Positions 56,645 to 64,000 of a DNA stretch of 64,000 nucleotides are shown in pieces. Below the pieces are notes generated by a model. The model was not told where the DNA came from, made no database searches, and was given only the letters and a program-made list of their open reading frames with translations. The position numbers were made by a program, and so were the translations under genes. Each line of letters starts with the position of its first letter. Positions within the stretch are counted from its first letter, which is position 1. The stretch comes from Candidatus Fermentibacteraceae bacterium (lineage in GTDB: Bacteria; Fermentibacterota; Fermentibacteria; Fermentibacterales; JCC-6). The DNA is taken from assembly GCA_027067855.1 (NCBI GenBank), contig JAMOUX010000038.1:15208-79207 (forward strand), read 5' to 3'.

Positions 56645-56761
56645 ATCTACCCTTAACGGATCGAAACATGGATTGTAGCGGTCCGACCACTGTTGATATG
56701 CTTTTTATTCGATATTACCCGGGTTTTTCTTGTGGAACAGGCGGATTCGGAGGGTGTCCAA

Positions 56762-59182
56762 TTGGAAGATTACGATTACAAGAATGACCTTTTCGAGGGT
56801 ACGTTCAGGGAGGAGGCGGCGTCGGCCCCGGATGAAGAGCCGCCGAAGGGCGGTATTGGCGATCTCGTGGAGCCGGAATTCTCCGGGAACGCGGAAAAGG
56901 TGCTGAGGAAAAGGTACCTCAAGAAATCCCCGTCCGGGGAGATTCTGGAGACTCCCGGCGACATGCTCCTCAGGGTGGCCGAGGCGGTGGCATCGGCCGA
57001 GGAGAGGTTTGACGGTAACGTTGAAGCCTTCACCGTAAAATTTTACAACATGATGGCCAGGAAAGAGTTCCTGCCTAATTCTCCCACCCTCATGAATGCC
57101 GGGAGAGAACTGGCACAGCTTTCCGCCTGTTTCGTGCTTCCTGTGGAAGATAACATGGAGAGCATCTTCACGGCGGTGAAGAACACGGCGCTTATACACA
57201 AGAGCGGCGGAGGAACGGGTTTCTCCTTTTCGAGGATAAGACCGGCCAACGATATAGTCATGTCCACAAAGGGAGTTTCCAGCGGTCCGATCTCTTTCAT
57301 GACGGTATTCGATCAGGCCACGGAGACCGTGAAACAGGGCGGGGTCAGGAGAGGGGCCAACATGGCGGTCCTCAGAGTGGATCACCCGGATATAGAAAAA
57401 TTCATCCATGTAAAGCGAAACATGACCAGGCTCAATAATTTCAATCTTTCCGTGGCGGCTACCGACGAGTTTATGGATGCCGTGGAGAGGGGTACGACGT
57501 ACGACTTGGTGAACCCGAGAAACGGGAAGGTGACGGGCACCAGGAATGCCGGGGAAATATTCGATCTTATAGTGGATTCCGCCTGGAGTTCCGGGGAACC
57601 GGGACTGATATTCATAGACCGGATGAACGATGCCAATCCCACGCCCCACGTGGGACGTATAGAGGCCACCAATCCGTGCGGAGAGCAGCCCCTGCTCCCG
57701 TACGAGGCTTGCAACCTGGGTTCGGTGAACGTTTCGACCATGGTCGTGAGGAATGTTTCAGACGGTTGTGACGTGGACTGGCTCAAGCTGGAGCGGACCG
57801 TGAGGCTGGCGGTGCGCTTCCTGGACGATGTTATAGAGATCAACAGGTACCCGTTGCCCGAGATAGAGGAGGTAGTTGCCGGTAACAGGAAGATAGGTTT
57901 GGGGGTTATGGGATTCGCCGACCTCCTTTTCAAATTGAAGATTCCCTACGACTCCGAGGAGGCCCTCCTGTTTGCCGAGAAGCTCATGAGTTTTATAGCC
58001 GACAAGGCCAGGAAGACCAGCATGGAACTGGCCCGCGAAAGAGGAGCTTTTCCCAATTTCGCCGGCAGTGTCTACGATCGCAGGAACATGCCTCCACTGA
58101 GGAATGCCACCGTTACCACCATAGCTCCGACCGGTTCCATAAGCATACTTGCCGGCTGCTCGGGAGGGATAGAGCCGGTGTTCGCCCTGGCATTTTCCAG
58201 GCGGAACCTCCTGGATCGGGGCGACGAGTTGCACGAGGTGGTGCCCGAGTTCGGCAGAGTGGCCCGCGAAGATGGGTTTTACGGCGAGGAGGTGTTGGCG
58301 AAGGTCGCCGAGAAGGGTTCGTGTCAGGGAATAGAGGAAATCCCCGAGGATGTGCGGAGAGTCTTCGTCACTTCCCACGATATCTCACCGGCATACCACG
58401 TGAGAATGCAGGCGGCCTTTCAGAAGTATACCGACAACGCGGTGTCCAAGACGGTCAACCTACCGGAAAACGCTTCCAGACAGAACGTCGCGGAAGTCTT
58501 CAAACTGGCCAGGAGGCTTGGCTGCAAGGGGATAACCGTGTACAGGGACAAGAGCAGGGACAAGCAGGTTCTGAATCTCCTCCGGTCGCGGGAGGCGGAA
58601 GAGGCGACCGACCGGGCGCTTTCGCCGGCACATATAGGCCCCAGGGACCGGGGCGATGTGACATCGGGAATCACCAAGAGAATAAGAACGGGATGCGGAA
58701 AGCTGTATGTTACTATAAACAGGGACAAGAGCGGTCCTGTGGAGCTTTTCTCGCAGATGGGTAAAGCCGGGGGTTGCGCGGCCAGCCAGTCGGAAGCCAT
58801 AAGCAGGTTGGTTTCACTGGCTTTGCGGTCCAACATCAAACCCGAGGCCATCGTCAAGGAGCTTAAGGGAATAAGTTGTCACAGGATTGTTTGGCAGGGA
58901 GGCAACAGGGTGCTTTCCTGTGCCGACGCCATAGGTCAGACCATCGAGTGGTACATTATGGAAAGGTTGGACGGGCATCCCGGCGAAGGCGGTTCCATGG
59001 CGGTCCGGTCGGTGGAACCGGTACATGACGGGGAAACCCGCGGGAGAAGCATTGAATCTTCCGAACCCGATGATGTGGTAGAAAATCTGGCCGGAGCCTG
59101 TCCCATGTGCGGCGGTCCGCTGAAATACGAATCGGGATGCGTGGCTTGCGCCCTGAACTGTGGTTACTCGGAATGCGGCTGA
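56762..59182 (+). CDS. nrdJ: adenosylcobalamin-dependent (class II) ribonucleotide reductase
   Basis: VLRKRYL..., PNSPTLMNAG, active-site ATNPCGEQPL. C-terminal Zn ribbon CPMCGG...CVAC. Start is uncertain: TTG 56762 has a GGAGGG SD at 7 nt; TTG 56693 and GTG 56732 are alternatives. Confidence 0.9.
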   Translation: MEDYDYKNDLFEGTFREEAASAPDEEPPKGGIGDLVEPEFSGNAEKVLRKRYLKKSPSGEILETPGDMLLRVAEAVASAEERFDGNVEAFTVKFYNMMARKEFLPNSPTLMNAGRELAQLSACFVLPVEDNMESIFTAVKNTALIHKSGGGTGFSFSRIRPANDIVMSTKGVSSGPISFMTVFDQATETVKQGGVRRGANMAVLRVDHPDIEKFIHVKRNMTRLNNFNLSVAATDEFMDAVERGTTYDLVNPRNGKVTGTRNAGEIFDLIVDSAWSSGEPGLIFIDRMNDANPTPHVGRIEATNPCGEQPLLPYEACNLGSVNVSTMVVRNVSDGCDVDWLKLERTVRLAVRFLDDVIEINRYPLPEIEEVVAGNRKIGLGVMGFADLLFKLKIPYDSEEALLFAEKLMSFIADKARKTSMELARERGAFPNFAGSVYDRRNMPPLRNATVTTIAPTGSISILAGCSGGIEPVFALAFSRRNLLDRGDELHEVVPEFGRVAREDGFYGEEVLAKVAEKGSCQGIEEIPEDVRRVFVTSHDISPAYHVRMQAAFQKYTDNAVSKTVNLPENASRQNVAEVFKLARRLGCKGITVYRDKSRDKQVLNLLRSREAEEATDRALSPAHIGPRDRGDVTSGITKRIRTGCGKLYVTINRDKSGPVELFSQMGKAGGCAASQSEAISRLVSLALRSNIKPEAIVKELKGISCHRIVWQGGNRVLSCADAIGQTIEWYIMERLDGHPGEGGSMAVRSVEPVHDGETRGRSIESSEPDDVVENLAGACPMCGGPLKYESGCVACALNCGYSECG

Positions 59183-59250
59183 CTTGCTTACAGGCCCCGG
59201 TATTCATTAGACTTGCCTCCCGTGACGTTAAACTTGTCGGAGGTGCACGA

Positions 59251-59481
59251 GTGGAGAAAGTCGTAAAAGACATCGAAAAGGGCCAGGACTTGATCAGGAT
59301 TGAACTCTCGGAGTTCAGAGGAAAGCAGTACGTCGGGGCCCGCATTTATTACATGAACGATAAGGGGGACTGGAAGCCCACCCGAAAGGGTTTCACCCTT
59401 GTTCCGGAAAAGATGGAGGAAGTCCGCGACGCCATCAATGAAGCACTGCAGGAGTTGGACGGGCAGGTCACTTCAGATTGA
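59251..59481 (+). CDS. PC4/YdbC-like small ssDNA-binding protein
   Basis: GGAGG SD lies 7 nt before the GTG start. IRIELSEFRGKQYVGARIYYMNDKGDWKPTRKGFTL matches the PC4-fold pattern. Confidence 0.6.
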   Translation: MEKVVKDIEKGQDLIRIELSEFRGKQYVGARIYYMNDKGDWKPTRKGFTLVPEKMEEVRDAINEALQELDGQVTSD

Positions 59482-59848
59482 ACGAATGCGGTAACAGTTC
59501 TTCCAGGGTGAATGTCTCCATGGAGTCCCCGGTGGCAACGATCACTTCCATTCCGCCGGGGCAGAACTCGGACAGGACCTGTCTGCAGGCGCCGCATGGG
59601 AAGGGTTTCCCGTCCGGAGAATAAACCAGTAATCTGCGGAAGTCCGAGCCTCCTTCGGCTACGGCCCTGAAAACCGCTGATCGTTCTGCGCACATACTGA
59701 GACCGAACGAGGCGTTTTCCACGTTTACTCCGCCGTAGAGGTTTCCATGGCGATCTTCCAGTATCGCCGCCACACTGAACCCGGAGTAAGGGGAATGGCT
59801 CCTGTGCACGATGTCCCTGGCGGCGTCCAGCAGGTTATCGATTTTCAT
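59468..59848 (-). CDS. cdd: cytidine deaminase
   Basis: Zn motifs CAERSA and PCGACRQ; 126 aa. Confidence 0.85.
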   Translation of the reverse strand: MKIDNLLDAARDIVHRSHSPYSGFSVAAILEDRHGNLYGGVNVENASFGLSMCAERSAVFRAVAEGGSDFRRLLVYSPDGKPFPCGACRQVLSEFCPGGMEVIVATGDSMETFTLEELLPHSFNLK

Positions 59849-59851
59849 GGA

Positions 59852-60334
59852 TCAGAAGGTCTTTTCTATGAACGTCAGGGCACGCAGCTTGTCGTCGGCA
59901 TCTCTCAATCTCAGTGAGATGACTTCCGAGAAGGCCTTGAGCACCGCCATGCCGACGCGGGGATATTCGTTCATTATTCTCGACACGTCGGAGTACCGGA
60001 ACCCGGCCAGTTCCACGTCGGTGTGTGCGAACACCGATGCGCTTCTCTTCTTCCTGTCCAGCAGCACCATTTCACCGAAGAAATCCCCGGGTTTGAGTAT
60101 GCCCAGGATTTGCTCGATGTTCTCGAAGGCGTGCTTGGTGACCCTGACCTTGCCGGAAAGAATCAGGAACAGTTGTTCCCCCGGATCGTTTTCCCTGATT
60201 ATCAGGCCGTTTGATGAGATTCTCACGAGTGAAGCGGTGTCCAGGAAGAAAGACAGTTCTTCCGGGTTCAACGTTTTGAAAAGGTATGCGGACCTGAATA
60301 CCCGGAGGTGTTCGGGAGTGAACGATGGGTTCAT
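59852..60334 (-). CDS. stand-alone cyclic-nucleotide-binding domain protein
   Basis: GDFFGEMVLLDRKKRSASVFA phosphate-binding cassette pattern. No HTH domain. Confidence 0.7.
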   Translation of the reverse strand: MNPSFTPEHLRVFRSAYLFKTLNPEELSFFLDTASLVRISSNGLIIRENDPGEQLFLILSGKVRVTKHAFENIEQILGILKPGDFFGEMVLLDRKKRSASVFAHTDVELAGFRYSDVSRIMNEYPRVGMAVLKAFSEVISLRLRDADDKLRALTFIEKTF

Positions 60335-60370
60335 GCCCGGTTCCTTTCGTACCTGAGCCGCAAGGGCACC

Positions 60371-61948
60371 TCAGTCCGATTCCACGAAAATCGTTTTTTC
60401 GTTCTCATATACCACTTGCCCGGGCTTTCCTTTGCGGATCCTTCTGACATACCGTACCATAGTATAATCAACAGGAACCACTCCGGAGGAGATCCTGCTG
60501 TTCCTGGCGGCTTCCAGTGCCGCTTTTATGATGATGCTTCGCGGGGGAGGATCCTTTCTGCCGTCCATCTTGAGTACCACGTGCGCCCCGGCCACGCCGC
60601 GTGCATGGAACCAGAGATCTCCTTTCCGGGCAAGCCTGAAGGTAATCTCGTCGTTCTGATGTGCATTTTTCCCCACGTAACAACGCCAGCCTTCCCCCAG
60701 GTCCTTCGCTGTAGGTGTGTTCCGCGCATCCTCCCGGGAGGTTCTTTCCTTTCGGAAGCGTGACAGCAACTCCCCGAGTTCATCGGGATTCATCCTCTCC
60801 AGGTTTTCCAGGGTGGTACGCACGAATTCGAGTTCCCGCTCGGTGCCGGCCAGTGATTTTTCCAGGTGTTTCCTCTCGATATGACTGTTGGATGCTTTCC
60901 TGAAGAAATAAGACGCGTTGGATACCAGTGACCTGGATGGCTTTAAGGGTATTACGTGTATTTTACCCTCCCAGTCCGTGAGTTCTATTTTTTCGAGACC
61001 CTTCCGGGAACCGTTGCCCATGGACAGCAACAGGTTTCCCCATGTGCGGTAGATTTCCGGAGGAACCAGTCTCCGGAGAGCGGAATCCATCTTGCTCTTC
61101 CTGTTTTCCAGGTTGACTTTCTTCTTTTCCAGGAGACTTTTCAACTCGTTCAACCTGTCGGATCTGAAATCGGGTATGGTTCCGTAAGCCGGGGGAGCCA
61201 GGGGATCGGGAATAGGTCTGCCGGGACCGAGTTTCACCGGGAGAGGTCCGTCGGGTCCGAGCCATGGGCGGAACCTGCCCTCCAGGAGTCTTTTCTCAAA
61301 TTCGGCCGTTACCCGGAGAACATCGGTGGCGGAAGCCTCCGCTTCACGGAGCAAGGCTCCGGCCGTGACCGGTCCCACTCCCTCCATCGTGCGATAGAGT
61401 GCTTCGACGGGATTCCCTTCCTTCAGTGCCGCGGCGAGTTCTCCGCCTGTCAGCCAGGAACCCAGGAGCAGGCCCGATGACGGCGGTTTTACGTACAAGG
61501 CGCCGGGTACGATGGTTCTGTACCTGTTGAGACTCGGAGGGACCCTCCGGGTGCAGTCCAGTATTCTTCCGTCACGAACTCTCGTCAGTATGAGATTGGC
61601 GTTCCTGCCGGCGGCTTCGAATACCAGGCGGAAATCGGAAGAGGCGTAAACCGACCCGGGTTCGAATATCAATTCCATTACCCTGTCCGTTCCCTGTTGT
61701 GATACGGCACGTACCACGGCCCCCTTCAGCAGGTTAGTGAATCTCCCGGGAGCCGGGGCCGCCGACCCTGGTGATTCCTTCTCCCACCAGAGGGAGGGTG
61801 CGGAGGTTCTTGCATCGAGGACCAGGGTTCCCGTGTCGAAGTGAAGTGCCATGCCCCCCCGGAAGGGTACATCCACTTCGATGCACTTCCTTTCCAGAAC
61901 GAGATCCGTAAGGGGTGGAATCATGGCGGACAGGTAGACGCCTTCCAA
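60371..61948 (-). CDS. NFACT/FbpA-family protein (RqcH-like, DUF814-containing)
   Basis: The C-terminal YVGKNAHQNDEITFRLARKGDLWFHARGVAGAHVVL matches the NFACT-R/DUF814 signature. Confidence 0.7.
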   Translation of the reverse strand: MEGVYLSAMIPPLTDLVLERKCIEVDVPFRGGMALHFDTGTLVLDARTSAPSLWWEKESPGSAAPAPGRFTNLLKGAVVRAVSQQGTDRVMELIFEPGSVYASSDFRLVFEAAGRNANLILTRVRDGRILDCTRRVPPSLNRYRTIVPGALYVKPPSSGLLLGSWLTGGELAAALKEGNPVEALYRTMEGVGPVTAGALLREAEASATDVLRVTAEFEKRLLEGRFRPWLGPDGPLPVKLGPGRPIPDPLAPPAYGTIPDFRSDRLNELKSLLEKKKVNLENRKSKMDSALRRLVPPEIYRTWGNLLLSMGNGSRKGLEKIELTDWEGKIHVIPLKPSRSLVSNASYFFRKASNSHIERKHLEKSLAGTERELEFVRTTLENLERMNPDELGELLSRFRKERTSREDARNTPTAKDLGEGWRCYVGKNAHQNDEITFRLARKGDLWFHARGVAGAHVVLKMDGRKDPPPRSIIIKAALEAARNSRISSGVVPVDYTMVRYVRRIRKGKPGQVVYENEKTIFVESD

Positions 61949-62048
61949 CGGTCACCTCCATGTGGGCCGTAGTTATGCCTGGTCTTCTCTATATATACTC
62001 GTTACAATCGGCGTATTGATACGGTTCACCCGCTCGCGGAGGAGAGAC

Positions 62049-62927
62049 ATGAGATCCATGACCGGTTTCGGCCGGGCCGTCGGAGGCGGTGCCGGTTTCG
62101 ACCTCGCCGTAGAGGCTAAGTCTGTGAATCAGCGTAACCTCAAGATCTCGGTGAACCTCCCGGAGAGGTTGATCATGGCTGAGCCCGTGGTCAGGGAGGA
62201 GATACGCGGAAGGTTTACCAGGGGTCATATCAGGGTTGACGTGCGGTTGGAACTGCACGGTTCCCCGGGTGGAAGGCCGGTACTCGATACCGCTGTAGCC
62301 AACGCTTACCTGGAGGCGGCGGAGAAGCTGAAATCGGAAATGGGACTTTCAGGAGAGGTATCGGTACAGGCGCTCCTGGGTCTTCCGGGGATGATGTACA
62401 GGGATGATCCGGAGGTGGACGGAGAAGAACTCATGAGTGTATTCCGGGACGTTATGGCACGAGCCCTGACGTTGCTGGATGACAGCAGGGCCAGGGAGGG
62501 CGGCGATCTGGCCGTGCTGGTTGTGAACATGCTGGAGACGATAAGAAACTTCGCGGCTCCGGTAGTGGCCGTACAGAGAGCTTCGGTGGAACGAAGGTTT
62601 GAAAGAATGAAGGAAAGGGTGGCGGAGCTGGTTTCCAACGTGGAATTGGATGATGACAGGCTTTTGCAGGAACTTGCCGTTATGGTGGACAGGAGCGACA
62701 TCACCGAGGAGGCTCAGAGGTTGATCAGCCACGTGGAACACGCTATCGGAATATCGTCCGGGTCGGGCGGGGCCGTAGGAAGAAAACTGGAGTTCATATT
62801 ACAGGAGATGCACAGGGAACTCAATACCATGGGTGCGAAGGTGGATGACAGTGGCCTCGCCGCCGAGATAGTGGAGATGAAAAGCCTGCTGGCGTCCGTC
62901 AGGGAGCAGGTGGCCAATGTCGAATAA
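62049..62927 (+). CDS. yicC: YicC-family stress-induced protein
   Basis: MRSMTGFGRA start after a GGAGGAG SD. C-terminal GRKLEFILQEMHRELNTMGAK signature. Confidence 0.85.
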   Translation: MRSMTGFGRAVGGGAGFDLAVEAKSVNQRNLKISVNLPERLIMAEPVVREEIRGRFTRGHIRVDVRLELHGSPGGRPVLDTAVANAYLEAAEKLKSEMGLSGEVSVQALLGLPGMMYRDDPEVDGEELMSVFRDVMARALTLLDDSRAREGGDLAVLVVNMLETIRNFAAPVVAVQRASVERRFERMKERVAELVSNVELDDDRLLQELAVMVDRSDITEEAQRLISHVEHAIGISSGSGGAVGRKLEFILQEMHRELNTMGAKVDDSGLAAEIVEMKSLLASVREQVANVE

Positions 62928-64000
62928 CGGCAGGGGAAGATTATTCGTGCTGGCCGGGCCTTCCGGATCCGGAAAGACCACGTTGGCAAGACACCTGGTC
63001 GAGACGTTCCGGGAAGCGGTCTTTTCCGTATCGGCTACCACGAGGCCCATTAGGAAAGGTGAACGGGAAAACGTCGACTATCTGTTCATGAACGAGAGTG
63101 AATTCCGGAGGAAGGTGGAGGAGGGTTTCTTCCTGGAACATGCGGAGGTGCACGGTAATCTTTATGGTACTCCCCGCCGGGAGGTGATCCGGGAGCTGGA
63201 AGCTGGCAGGAGCGTGATCCTGGACATCGACGTCCGGGGCGCTCTCTCGGTAAAGAAGTTGTTCCCGCGGGCGGAGTTGATTTTCATCCTTCCTCCCGGC
63301 CGTGACGTACTGATCCGGCGCTTGAAGGCTAGGAACACCGACGGAGACCGGAACCTGGAGGTAAGGCTAGAGACGGCGACCTGGGAAGTGAAGTGGATAG
63401 GATACTTTGATTTCTTTCTCAGGAATGACGATCTGGAGGATTCCAGGAAGAAAATAGAAGCCATCTTTCTGGGAGCGTCGATGAAACTCGACGGTATACC
63501 GTTTCCCGGGGAGATATTGGAAATGGTTCCCGGCGGCCTGACCGGTCTTGGATATTGGAAGGGGAAAAGGGTTGTAGTGACTTCCGGTCCCACGAGGGAA
63601 CCCATCGACTCGGTAAGGTTCATTTCCAACAGGTCCGGCGGGCTGATGGGAAGGAGTTTGGCCCGTGCCTTCAGGGATGCCGGTTCGGAGGTGATAGAAG
63701 TTTCGGGACCGTCCGCCGTTCTCCCCGCCTGGGGTGTTGCCACGGTGAACGTGGAGACCGCAGAGGAAATGCTTGATGCATTGCTGAAGGTGGTACCCGG
63801 GGCGGATCTCCTGGTGATGTCCGCCGCCGTTTCCGATTTCAGACCGGTTGAGGTCGTCAGCGGAAAACTGGCAAGATCCGGAAGCCTCGTGGTAAAGATG
63901 GAAGCTACTCCGGACATCATTATCTCCCTCGGAGAGAAAGTGGAGACCATGTGTCCGGTCCTTGCTTTCGCTCTGGAATATGGATCCGATGGAGTGGAGA
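62917..64000 (+). CDS. gmk: guanylate kinase fused in frame to a CoaB (phosphopantothenate--cysteine ligase) domain; 3' end beyond the window
   Basis: Hand translation from ATG 62917 gives GPSGSGKTT, SATTRPIRKGE, YGT (Gmk). With no stop it continues GKRVVVTSGPTREPIDSVRFISNRSGGLMG...AAVSDFRP (CoaB). This ORF is not in the supplied track because it has no stop inside the window. Confidence 0.7.
   Translation, partial: MSNNGRGRLFVLAGPSGSGKTTLARHLVETFREAVFSVSATTRPIRKGERENVDYLFMNESEFRRKVEEGFFLEHAEVHGNLYGTPRREVIRELEAGRSVILDIDVRGALSVKKLFPRAELIFILPPGRDVLIRRLKARNTDGDRNLEVRLETATWEVKWIGYFDFFLRNDDLEDSRKKIEAIFLGASMKLDGIPFPGEILEMVPGGLTGLGYWKGKRVVVTSGPTREPIDSVRFISNRSGGLMGRSLARAFRDAGSEVIEVSGPSAVLPAWGVATVNVETAEEMLDALLKVVPGADLLVMSAAVSDFRPVEVVSGKLARSGSLVVKMEATPDIIISLGEKVETMCPVLAFALEYGSDGVE

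Noticed and set aside
63162-63950. 262-aa minus-strand ORF at the window end.
   Set aside because: It is antisense to the gmk-CoaB reading frame, which carries the P-loop and CoaB signatures. Its translation is Ser/Thr/Pro-rich with no motif.
1-64000. Search by eye for CRISPR arrays, tRNA/rRNA/tmRNA genes, transposases/integrases, phage genes and toxin-antitoxin pairs.
   Set aside because: None recognised. Intergenic space is minimal, and the four spacers longer than 200 nt show no tRNA-like T-loop or repeat-spacer structure. A computational scan (tRNAscan-SE, Infernal, minced) is still advisable.

Overview
GC-rich, very gene-dense chromosomal segment; many neighbouring genes overlap by 1-8 nt (ATGA/TTGA/TAATG junctions). 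The organism looks like a diderm bacterium: it encodes LpxH/LpxL-type lipid A enzymes, beta-barrel OMPs, RND efflux pumps, lipoproteins and a T9SS C-terminal sorting domain. That combination suggests an FCB-type or candidate-phylum lineage, which is inference only. I support about 57 protein-coding genes and see no rRNA, tRNA, CRISPR array, transposase or prophage signature. Housekeeping content includes ppdK, gpsA, aroB, tatC, a three-gene acyl-CoA carboxylase, pilD, ppiB, proS, panB-purD-purE-tsaC, class II RNR nrdJ, cdd and yicC. Most worth a second look: (1) An 11-gene co-directional, overlapping array (56529 down to 46670) runs ECF sigma, zf-HC2 anti-sigma, membrane protein, Cys-less Trx-like lipoprotein, LpxH-like, polyprenyl-P GT2, GT4, epimerase, flippase-like, YfhO, radical SAM/SPASM. 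I read it as a candidate stress-controlled envelope glycosylation system. (2) A signal-peptide/T9SS-CTD beta-propeller gene is interrupted by a single in-frame TGA in a C-G-G-TGA (CxxU-like) context. (3) A guanylate kinase ORF reads without a stop into a CoaB (phosphopantothenate-cysteine ligase) domain, with rpoZ and the CoaC domain missing from the usual yicC-gmk-rpoZ-coaBC synteny. (4) A DUF362 / LpxL-like / DUF362 / gpsA operon of unknown lipid function. All family assignments come from motif recognition by eye; no database search was run. Start codons are best guesses.
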